From IMG/VR virus record IMGVR_UViG_3300043409_000956, positions 29,093 to 93,092 of that record: 64,000 bases of DNA, one strand, 5' to 3'. Source of the stretch: a virus. Positions 1 to 7,977 of the stretch are shown here, one piece after another (within the stretch, counting starts at the first letter, position 1; each line of letters opens with the position of its first letter). Under the pieces are notes generated by a model. That model had not been told where the DNA came from. It worked only from the letters and a program-made list of their open reading frames with translations, and ran no database searches. The translations under genes and the position numbers were made by a program.

Positions 1-1
1 G

Positions 2-142
2 TCATTTTTGCTATGTGCCGCGGCATTTGTAGCAGATCTGGGGTGGGATTTGAAAGTAGACTTTCCAGTCTTTCAGGCAATGATGTATATTGTTATTGCA
101 GGGTTAGGATTTACAGCAAGCGAAAAGTTTGCAACCAAATAA
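2..142 (+). CDS. 3' part of small membrane protein (holin-like), truncated by window start
   Basis: Frame 2 reads SFLLCAAAFVADLGWDLKVDFPVFQAMMYIVIAGLGFTASEKFATK-stop; two hydrophobic stretches; not in ORF track. Confidence 0.6.
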   Translation, partial: SFLLCAAAFVADLGWDLKVDFPVFQAMMYIVIAGLGFTASEKFATK

Positions 143-152
143 GGAAATCAAT

Positions 153-356
153 ATGAAAAACTATATATTTGTAGCAGGATTATGTTTAGCGGTGGCATCG
201 ACTGTACATGCAGGTGGCGAGGAAAAGAAGGTCTGCGAAGACAAAAAAGACAAAGCCGGTAAAGTTGTTAACGGCAAAGACGGCAAGCCACAGCAGACCT
301 GTAAAACCATCAAGGTGCACAAAAAGGTTGAAGGCGAAAAAGTTCCCACCAAGTAA
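153..356 (+). CDS. small secreted/periplasmic Lys-rich protein
   Basis: AAGGA RBS before ATG 153; signal peptide MKNYIFVAGLCLAVASTVHA; two Cys. Confidence 0.7.
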   Translation: MKNYIFVAGLCLAVASTVHAGGEEKKVCEDKKDKAGKVVNGKDGKPQQTCKTIKVHKKVEGEKVPTK

Positions 357-371
357 ATTGGCACTACTCCC

Positions 372-400
372 AAACCGGACTGGTTGACTCTGTCCGGTTT
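372..400 (+). terminator. hairpin (AAACCGGAC/GTCCGGTTT), probable terminator
   Basis: 9-bp perfect inverted repeat right after stop at 356. Confidence 0.5.
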
Positions 401-412
401 CTCGTTTATAAT
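384..412 (+). promoter_or_regulatory. sigma70-type promoter for dnaJ
   Basis: TTGACT-17bp-TATAAT, 7 nt before ATG 420. Confidence 0.7.
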
Positions 413-419
413 AAGAGAT

Positions 420-1262
420 ATGACTCATTATGCCACATTAGGTGTTGCCGAAACAGCAACCGCAGACGAAATTAAACGAGCATATCGCGGTCTTGCATCT
501 AAACATCACCCCGACAAGGGTGGAGATACACAACGGTTCCAAGAGATACAGGCCGCATACGCTGTACTAGAAGACTCCAACCGGCGGGCACAGTATGATC
601 AAGAGCGTCGTAATCCTGGTGGTGGTTTTAGATTTAATGTAAATGGTCAAGATTTCGATCAAATGCCTCCAGAAATGGAAAATATATTTAGAAACTTTGG
701 ATTTCCGGGCAGTCCGTTTGGGGCACAACGCCATCCTAGAAAGAATAAAGATCTAAGAGTTGAAGTAGTAATGCCCTTGGCTGAAACACTACAAGAACAA
801 AAGAAAACATTGAGTGTACAGACCACAACAGGCCACAGGGAAACAGTAGAAGTAACAGTACCAAGGGGCATACACACAGGATCACAAATAAAATATCCCG
901 GCCTGGGGGATAACATGTTCAACACACTACCACGTGGGGATCTTTATATTGTGTTTACTGTGCCACCAGATCCCAAGTTTAAAGTAGACGGCGTTGATTT
1001 AATATCTAGAGTAGCAATTAATTGCTTAGATGCCATCACAGGTGGGGTCACAGAGATTACAGGGTTAGACGGGCGTGTGTTTGAACTACAGATACCTGTG
1101 GGAACACAACCTGGTACCCTGATGCGTGTGCGCGGAGAAGGATTGTATCATTTAAATCATACTGTTCGTGGCAATTTGTTGGTTGAAATTGTTGTTAGTG
1201 TGCCACAGAACCTGACTGAAACACAGTTAGAATTAATCCGACAAATTCAGTCTAACCAATAA
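420..1262 (+). CDS. dnaJ: DnaJ-class co-chaperone (class II/CbpA-like, no Zn finger)
   Basis: J-domain with HPD (KHHPDKGG), G/F-rich linker, DnaJ C-terminal domain (GDLY, GEG...GNL); ATG 420 preferred over TTG 384. Confidence 0.93.
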   Translation: MTHYATLGVAETATADEIKRAYRGLASKHHPDKGGDTQRFQEIQAAYAVLEDSNRRAQYDQERRNPGGGFRFNVNGQDFDQMPPEMENIFRNFGFPGSPFGAQRHPRKNKDLRVEVVMPLAETLQEQKKTLSVQTTTGHRETVEVTVPRGIHTGSQIKYPGLGDNMFNTLPRGDLYIVFTVPPDPKFKVDGVDLISRVAINCLDAITGGVTEITGLDGRVFELQIPVGTQPGTLMRVRGEGLYHLNHTVRGNLLVEIVVSVPQNLTETQLELIRQIQSNQ

Positions 1263-1326
1263 ATATTTTAAAGGTTGCGTATGTACAGGATTTGCTGTAT
1301 ACTTATATCACAACAATATCATAAAC

Positions 1327-3606
1327 ATGATGACAATCCAACCGAATCCCGAAATTGAAGTAATTGTTAACTCAGCTATTAAATCAGCTAAAGAACTTAA
1401 CCACGAATATGTAACCCTTGAGCATCTACTCAAAGCGGTTGTGTTGTACAAGCCATTTTACGAGCTTTGTCAAAATTTTGGTGCCGATATTGACAGCATG
1501 GTAATCGAGTTACATCAATATCTTGTATCACAAACATATCTGGTCAGCACAGAGAATGGCTGCGAGCCAAAGAAAACACATGCCCTGGAGCGTATGTTTA
1601 ATCGTGCCTTTACACAGGTGTTGTTCAGTGGACGCACACACATACAAGTGATTGATATCTTCCTAAGTATGTCCAACGAGGCAAATAGTCATGCCGCATA
1701 CTTCATGCTCAAATACGGTCTGGATAGACAAAAGTTAATTGAATTTTATAATGAGAATTATCAAGAGTCCAAACAAGTAAAGGCCGCTCGCAAGTTGCGG
1801 ACACATGATGTACTTGATGAGTATTGTACCAACCTCAGTGAGTCTGCCGCGGCCGGCAACATTGATCCAGTGATTGGTCGTGAATTTGAGATTAACGAAA
1901 TAGCACAGGTCCTGGCCAAACGCAACAAGTCAAATATCTTAATGGTGGGTGATCCCGGTGTGGGTAAAACAGCCATTGCAGAAGGACTGGCAAGAAACAT
2001 CTTTAATAAAGAAGTGCCCGACTACCTACATGATTACACAGTATTCAATTTGGACATTGGCAGTATCCTGGCGGGCAGTAAATACCGCGGTGAGTTTGAA
2101 GAAAAAGTCAAAGACGTTATTGAAGCATTGATTGCACGTGGCAAGTGTATCCTGTTCATAGACGAGGCACATCAAATGCAGGGCGCAGGCTCAGGCAGTC
2201 AAAGTAGTGTGGACTTTGGTAACATGATCAAACCTGCACTGAGCAAGGGACAGATCAAAGTCATTGCAAGTACCACGTGGGAAGAATACTCACAGAGCTT
2301 TGAAAAGGATCGTGCGTTGATGCGTCGATTCCATAGACTGTCAATTGATGAACCTACTCCAGCAGTGGCCAAAGATATCTTGCGTGGCTTGCGTGGATAC
2401 TTTGAAGAGTTCCATGGCGGCATTATTGATGATACAGCCATTGAAAGTGCTGTTGATCTAAGTGTACGCTATCAAACCGACAAGCGCCTGCCCGACAAAG
2501 CAATTGACTTGATAGACAGCGCCTGTGCCAGAGTCAAGTTGGTAGAAAAAGAGTGGGTTGTGGCCAAGAGTCACATCATTGACACCCTGAGCAAGTTCAC
2601 AAAGATACCTGCAGATCAAATTGGTGCAGAAACTGTGCGTAGTTTAGATAACTTAGAAGGCAACATCAAAGCCAAGTTGTATGGACAGGAACAAGTTGTT
2701 GATACAATCTTAGAACGTATATATGTCAGCCGGGCAGGACTCAAAGGCATCAACAAACCCATTGGTAGTTTTCTATTCATTGGACCCACCGGCACAGGTA
2801 AAACTGAACTTGCTAAACTCCTGGCCGAAAACCTCGGGATGAAACTATTAAGATACGATATGAGTGAGTACCAAGAACGGCATTCGGCCAGCAAACTGAT
2901 CGGTGCACCCCCGGGGTATGTAGGCTATGAAGACAGCAACTTAGGTGGTGGCATGCTGATCAGCGATCTAGAAAAGAACACCAATGCAGTCATCTTGTTT
3001 GATGAAATTGAAAAAGCACACCCAGACGTTAGCAATGTACTACTACAGTTGATGGATGAAGGTACGATTACCTCGAGCAATGGCAAAAAAGCAGATGCAC
3101 GTAATGCCATCATCATCATGACCAGTAACTTGGGAGCCGCAGACAATGAACGTAACAGCATTGGATTTAGCTCACCGGAAAAAACTGGTGAAGACGACAA
3201 GGCTGTTAAGGAATTCTTTAAGCCTGAGTTCCGTAATCGCCTGGATGGTATTTGTAAGTTTAACCGACTAGATAAGTTAAGTATTAAGAAAGTAGTTGCC
3301 AAGTTCATTAACGAAGTCAACGACTTGTTAAGTGAAAAGACTATTAAGATTCGATTGACCGAGTCCGCTGTAGACTATTTGGCTGAAGTTGGATATGATA
3401 GCAAGATGGGTGCAAGACCACTAGGTCGTAAAATTAACGATTTGATCAAAGTACCGCTAAGTAAAAAGATACTATTTGAGCGTGTATCCCCAAATAGTAG
3501 TATTACTGTGGACTGGACTGGAACTGAATTTACATTCGATAGCAGAATTTGCATTGAAGCACCCCCCACTGTGGATGAGCATGGATACATCGTACTGGAA
3601 AAATAA
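1327..3606 (+). CDS. clpA: ATP-dependent Clp protease ATP-binding subunit ClpA
   Basis: Clp N-domain, two AAA+ modules (GDPGVGKT, GPTGTGKT), GAPPGYVGY, IGF loop (NSIGF), no ClpB middle domain. Confidence 0.95.
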   Translation: MMTIQPNPEIEVIVNSAIKSAKELNHEYVTLEHLLKAVVLYKPFYELCQNFGADIDSMVIELHQYLVSQTYLVSTENGCEPKKTHALERMFNRAFTQVLFSGRTHIQVIDIFLSMSNEANSHAAYFMLKYGLDRQKLIEFYNENYQESKQVKAARKLRTHDVLDEYCTNLSESAAAGNIDPVIGREFEINEIAQVLAKRNKSNILMVGDPGVGKTAIAEGLARNIFNKEVPDYLHDYTVFNLDIGSILAGSKYRGEFEEKVKDVIEALIARGKCILFIDEAHQMQGAGSGSQSSVDFGNMIKPALSKGQIKVIASTTWEEYSQSFEKDRALMRRFHRLSIDEPTPAVAKDILRGLRGYFEEFHGGIIDDTAIESAVDLSVRYQTDKRLPDKAIDLIDSACARVKLVEKEWVVAKSHIIDTLSKFTKIPADQIGAETVRSLDNLEGNIKAKLYGQEQVVDTILERIYVSRAGLKGINKPIGSFLFIGPTGTGKTELAKLLAENLGMKLLRYDMSEYQERHSASKLIGAPPGYVGYEDSNLGGGMLISDLEKNTNAVILFDEIEKAHPDVSNVLLQLMDEGTITSSNGKKADARNAIIIMTSNLGAADNERNSIGFSSPEKTGEDDKAVKEFFKPEFRNRLDGICKFNRLDKLSIKKVVAKFINEVNDLLSEKTIKIRLTESAVDYLAEVGYDSKMGARPLGRKINDLIKVPLSKKILFERVSPNSSITVDWTGTEFTFDSRICIEAPPTVDEHGYIVLEK

Positions 3607-4291
3607 AAATCACTCGGTCAAATTTGAAGAAACTACCAAACAGTTTTTTGGAAAATACTTGTATCGATTAAAAATGTCTGTTCCTGGTGGGCGTATTATA
3701 TACGAGAATAGAGATTATGCTGAGGCAGTTGAATCAAGGCGCCATTTCCGACAGTTTAATCCTGGCGGATACTGGGGCAAAGGTACATTAAATACAGATA
3801 GTATAGATGTAGGATTACTATATGCTATTCGCGAGTTAAAAGACACTAATCCAAATATCAAAATGCGTGTGGAAGAGCCCGAGATACAGTTCTACGCTGA
3901 GTCTGAAGCGGAGTTAAAAGCTATATCCATTAAGCTAGGGGCAAAATACAATACCGCACTATTGTCAATATCTGGTCCTGCCAGTGACTCCACACAACAA
4001 CTGCTAAAAACTGGCGTAATTATACGCAAAAAAGAATTTGGGTACAAGTATAAGATTATATTGCGTGATTGTCGTTGTGAAATTGATACTAAACAACAAA
4101 TTCTCAACTACATGGAGGGCATGGGCGCAGACGAAGTCAAAGTTTCTGCGGGAACTAAACGTATGCTTGGCTCAAAGTACAACGGATTCTGGGGGATTTG
4201 GTTTTATGCCAACGACGAGAAAGTTATAACTTTTTTAGAACTAATACATCCAGGTTGTGTATTAAATATTCATCCAGTGGTCGTTGCCTAA
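3581..4291 (+). CDS. hypothetical phage protein
   Basis: Long ORF; ATG 3581 gives a short overlap with clpA end. Confidence 0.75.
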   Translation: MDTSYWKNKNHSVKFEETTKQFFGKYLYRLKMSVPGGRIIYENRDYAEAVESRRHFRQFNPGGYWGKGTLNTDSIDVGLLYAIRELKDTNPNIKMRVEEPEIQFYAESEAELKAISIKLGAKYNTALLSISGPASDSTQQLLKTGVIIRKKEFGYKYKIILRDCRCEIDTKQQILNYMEGMGADEVKVSAGTKRMLGSKYNGFWGIWFYANDEKVITFLELIHPGCVLNIHPVVVA

Positions 4292-4321
4292 ATAAATACT
4301 TGTATATTCAAGGAGAAGCCC

Positions 4322-4486
4322 ATGGCTAAGATTCAAGAAGAGATAATTGTCATTACCATCAGTAAACTAGTTAAAAACGACGATGCCGGGCATGATATTG
4401 CAAACACAGAAACTTTAACAGCATTGGCATCTGTAGCAGAAGAACTACTGGGTCAGGGCGTGGTAGTTGAAGTTAACAAAGCATAA
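4322..4486 (+). CDS. small hypothetical protein (54 aa), missed by ORF track
   Basis: TAAATA motif and AAGGAG RBS upstream; MAKIQEEIIVITISKLVK...VVVEVNKA. Confidence 0.8.
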   Translation: MAKIQEEIIVITISKLVKNDDAGHDIANTETLTALASVAEELLGQGVVVEVNKA

Positions 4487-4507
4487 ACAAACCTAAGAAA
4501 GTAATCA

Positions 4508-5407
4508 ATGAGTAAAGAAAAAAAGATTAATCAATCTGCCGCTGTAGAGTTGATCAAAAAAGCCGCGGCTGCCAGGGCGCAACAACAAACACAAGCACCT
4601 GCACAACAACCAGGTCCGGGTGTACCGTTTGACTTTAGTAAAACACATCTACACATCGGCATTCCTTGTTATGGTGGTATGGTTAGTGAACCCACCATGA
4701 CCAGCTTCTTGCGTTTTATCTTGTTGGCACAACAGGCAGGCTTAAATTGGAGCCTAGACACCATGGTCAACGAATCATTGGTTACTCGTGCTCGTAATAA
4801 CTTGATGGCCAAGATGATGACCAACACAGCGGCCACACATTTTATGTTCATCGACGCAGACATTCGCTTTGAACCAGATGCTATTCTTAAAATGATTGCC
4901 TGTGACAAGGATGTCATTGGCGGACTGTATCCCAAGAAAGCCCTGCCAGTCAACTATGTGATTAACCTGCGTCCGGAAACTAAGATCCAAGGTGATATCT
5001 TCACTGTAGACACAATGGGCACAGGCTTCTTGTTGTTCAAGCGTCATGTGTACGAGAAACTGATTGCGGCACATCCAGAGTGCAAGTATGTTGACGATGT
5101 TGGCCTGGGCAAACAGTATGAGCCAATGATGTATAGTATCTTTGATTGTAACATTGATGCCCGCGGACACTATCTAAGTGAAGATTGGTTGTTCTGCAGA
5201 CGCTGGGCGGCCATTGGTGGCGAGATTTGGGCACACGGTAAAGTGTTGTTGAACCACATCGGACACTATGAGTTTGCTGGTGACTTGAGCAAGATGCCAA
5301 AATTTGGCGATGAAGCCAGTAGTGCATTGCCAGGCGGAGCACCAGCCGCACTACGAGATGCTATCAATATGGCTGCCAAGGGCGCACCACAGGCCATCAC
5401 AACCTAA
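4508..5407 (+). CDS. GT-A fold glycosyltransferase-like protein
   Basis: IGIPCYGG, SLVTRARN, FMFIDAD (DxD), GTGFLL, SEDWLFC...GG, H-x-G motifs of phage GT2-like family. Confidence 0.8.
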   Translation: MSKEKKINQSAAVELIKKAAAARAQQQTQAPAQQPGPGVPFDFSKTHLHIGIPCYGGMVSEPTMTSFLRFILLAQQAGLNWSLDTMVNESLVTRARNNLMAKMMTNTAATHFMFIDADIRFEPDAILKMIACDKDVIGGLYPKKALPVNYVINLRPETKIQGDIFTVDTMGTGFLLFKRHVYEKLIAAHPECKYVDDVGLGKQYEPMMYSIFDCNIDARGHYLSEDWLFCRRWAAIGGEIWAHGKVLLNHIGHYEFAGDLSKMPKFGDEASSALPGGAPAALRDAINMAAKGAPQAITT

Positions 5408-5416
5408 GGAAACGAT

Positions 5417-5890
5417 ATGTCAATGGAAAAGATACACTTTAAGATCAAACTCAGTGGAACATATTGGGATAAACGACCACACTATGTTATTCTAATAGAT
5501 GATCAAGAGTGTGTCAATGCCTACATTACAAAAGATTCCGATGAAGTAGAATATGTTGAATTTGATTGTAGTGTGGAAGAAGACACCGAGCATGTTTTAC
5601 GCATACAGTTTGACAATAAAGCACAAGAAGATACAGTCACAGATGTTGCAGATCCCAATAATCATGTAATTATCAAAGACATGTTATTAAACATCATAGA
5701 CATTGAAGTTGATGATATTGAATTAGGTACCTTAACCCAGATGTTAAGCGTATTTAAATATGATGAGCCCCGTGATTGGCCCGAACCCAATAGCACAGAG
5801 TGGGCCAACTGTGTTAATCTTGGTTTTAACGGTACGTATGAGCTTAAATTTAGTAGTCCATTTTACCTCTGGCTACTAGAGAACATATAA
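5417..5890 (+). CDS. hypothetical beta-rich acidic protein
   Basis: ORF with AAGGA RBS; ends FSSPFYLWLLENI. Confidence 0.75.
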   Translation: MSMEKIHFKIKLSGTYWDKRPHYVILIDDQECVNAYITKDSDEVEYVEFDCSVEEDTEHVLRIQFDNKAQEDTVTDVADPNNHVIIKDMLLNIIDIEVDDIELGTLTQMLSVFKYDEPRDWPEPNSTEWANCVNLGFNGTYELKFSSPFYLWLLENI

Positions 5891-5893
5891 ACT

Positions 5894-5913
5894 GGCCCGC
5901 AAGGGCCTTTTTT
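5894..5913 (+). terminator. rho-independent terminator
   Basis: GGCCC-GCAA-GGGCC followed by TTTTTT. Confidence 0.85.
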
Positions 5914-5935
5914 GTTTCCTGCTAAATACAGTACT

Positions 5936-6541
5936 ATGTTTATTTTTGAACTGTTTGAAGCAAAACCAGCCGAAAAGACTGTGGTCATATTGCCCGGTGG
6001 GTTCCATCCCTTTCATCCCGGGCACCTGAGTCTGTACACTTCGGCACAGAAGATGTTTCCTGGTGCTGATATCTACTACGCGGCCACCAACGACAAGGCC
6101 AATAGACCATTTGACATTGCAGACAAAGCACGATTAGCACAAATTGCTGGTGTTCCCCCAGGACATTTTGTACAAGTTAAGAGCCCTTTCCAAGCCAAAG
6201 AAATTACCGCCAATTACGATCCAGCCACAACTGTATTAGTATTTGCCCGTAGTATCAAAGACCGAGATGAACCACCACACGCAGGTGGCGTCAAGAAGGA
6301 TGGCAATCCTGCATACTTACAACCTTACAGTAAAAACCCTGCTCCAATGAGTCAGCATGGTTATATGGCTTACTTGCCTACTGTGGAATTTGCCGCAGGT
6401 CCCAGTGGCATTACTAGTGCTACGCAAATTCGTACAATGTGGCCCAAAGCCACACCAGAACAAAAAGCCGAGATTGTCAGCGACTTGTATCCCAAGAACC
6501 CCCGGGCCGCACATCAGATTCTAGACAAATACCTAGGATAA
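5936..6541 (+). CDS. cytidyltransferase-like (HxGH) nucleotidyltransferase
   Basis: PGGFHPFHPGH and ITSATQIR motifs; preceded by CTAAATA late-promoter-like motif. Confidence 0.8.
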   Translation: MFIFELFEAKPAEKTVVILPGGFHPFHPGHLSLYTSAQKMFPGADIYYAATNDKANRPFDIADKARLAQIAGVPPGHFVQVKSPFQAKEITANYDPATTVLVFARSIKDRDEPPHAGGVKKDGNPAYLQPYSKNPAPMSQHGYMAYLPTVEFAAGPSGITSATQIRTMWPKATPEQKAEIVSDLYPKNPRAAHQILDKYLG

Positions 6542-6544
6542 TAC

Positions 6545-6826
6545 ATGTTACGACACGCCGAATTAAAATTTAATGTTCATTGTTATTACAGCGGTACCAA
6601 CCCAAGATACCGAGTGTATGTTGATAACGATTTAATTACAGAGCGCACATTTGTTTGGAGATCTGGCGAACAGTATATAGAAGAAACAGTTATCATTGAA
6701 GCACCTGCGGGAACACATCGACTACGAGTGGAAAATGTTGATCCGGCATTGGGTACATTTAGTGTAGAGAATATAAAGTTAGACGGAATCACTCCTGCTG
6801 GGAATACCGTATTCGAAATAGTATAA
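6545..6826 (+). CDS. hypothetical protein, resembles 5417-5890
   Basis: PRYRVYVDND ~ PHYVILIDDQ; HRLRVE ~ HVLRIQ. Confidence 0.7.
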   Translation: MLRHAELKFNVHCYYSGTNPRYRVYVDNDLITERTFVWRSGEQYIEETVIIEAPAGTHRLRVENVDPALGTFSVENIKLDGITPAGNTVFEIV

Positions 6827-6855
6827 CATAAATATAGCATAACCAGGATTAGGAT

Positions 6856-7344
6856 ATGAAACCAACAGATTTTATTGTAGAACACAACCCATTTATAGCA
6901 CAAGATGCCAATGAAATGCACGGCGACCACGAAGTACAAATGGCCCGAGCTGATTGTTATAATGCCGCAGACTATGCCATCAAACTACATAAGATTTTGC
7001 AAGGTATAAAAGAGACTGGACAACTAGAAGGTTGGGTCAGCGAAAAGATCACCCTGGCCAACGACTACTTGCGTACTGTTTATGAGTACTTGAGTTACGA
7101 AAATCGTGAACAAGAATCGGGCGCAATGCCTGCGTTTGCTTATGAATCTGCTGATCGTCGATTTGAAGAAGTTGTGGCAGAGTCTGCCAGTATTGGTGCC
7201 AGTGTCTCAGGTGGTATGGCCATTGGTGCAGTAGGTTCCGCAACTCCCATGCAACGCCGTGTCAAGCAAGAGTCAGCTGCCACTAAAAAGTATGGCAACG
7301 CAATGAAAACAAAACAGCCCAAGATTGGTAAAGGCGTTTATTAA
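6856..7344 (+). CDS. probable virion (internal head) protein
   Basis: TAAATA motif upstream; MKPTDFIVE leader; DHEVQMAR...LEGWVSEKITLANDYL helical module; VAES site. Confidence 0.65.
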   Translation: MKPTDFIVEHNPFIAQDANEMHGDHEVQMARADCYNAADYAIKLHKILQGIKETGQLEGWVSEKITLANDYLRTVYEYLSYENREQESGAMPAFAYESADRRFEEVVAESASIGASVSGGMAIGAVGSATPMQRRVKQESAATKKYGNAMKTKQPKIGKGVY

Positions 7345-7976
7345 TGAGTATGCGTGATCTATTAACCCAGCTGTCAGCGTTGGAAGAAGGTTCCAAGGTT
7401 CGATTTGCCGGCGAGCCCAAACAACGGCCCGGCGATCAAGTGCGTGGCACAGATCGGGCCGTGGGTAAAAAAGGTCAACATCCATTTCAAAATCGCTTGG
7501 TTGGTGGTGAAAGCATCCTGCGTGATTTAGAAGCCGCATTGCACGAAACACCTGTTAGAGACTTGATGCGTGAGTATCAAGACTTTGTCAACGAAGCTCC
7601 TGTTCCTCCCGTGCCCGCTCCAGCAGGTCAACAACAAAATCCCAATCCCAATCCCAATCAACCAAATCAAGATCCAGCAATTTTAGCCGCACAGGCCAAA
7701 CTTGCACAACAACAAAAAACCAAACAAGATGCCGCATTGCAACAAGGTATCTCTAAATTAAAATCAGCTGGTGCTGATGTTGACATGCAGACCATGAATG
7801 ACAAAAACAATGATCTAGCGCCGGTATTAGCACCCATCATGAGCAACCCACAGCTACAAGGCAAATTCCAAGAATTAATCAAACAGGCCAATGCCGAGCA
7901 AAAGAAACAACAACAAGCACAACAGACTGCCGTGCCCGCAGGTGCTGTTGGCGCACCAGTTCCAGGACAGAAATAA
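7344..7976 (+). CDS. Gln/Pro-rich probable internal head protein
   Basis: LEE/VNE sites; low-complexity Q/P/A composition. Confidence 0.6.
   Translation: MSMRDLLTQLSALEEGSKVRFAGEPKQRPGDQVRGTDRAVGKKGQHPFQNRLVGGESILRDLEAALHETPVRDLMREYQDFVNEAPVPPVPAPAGQQQNPNPNPNQPNQDPAILAAQAKLAQQQKTKQDAALQQGISKLKSAGADVDMQTMNDKNNDLAPVLAPIMSNPQLQGKFQELIKQANAEQKKQQQAQQTAVPAGAVGAPVPGQK
7638..7658 (+). repeat. (AATCCC)3.5 tandem repeat encoding NPNPNPN
   Basis: Seen directly in sequence. Confidence 0.8.
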
Positions 7977-7977
7977 T

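Noticed and set aside
7891-7977. Upstream starts given by the ORF track (also 384, 3476, 26403, 35901, 50958, 52696, 54369)
   Set aside because: They mostly overlap upstream genes or promoters; downstream ATGs with RBS or stop-start coupling fit better
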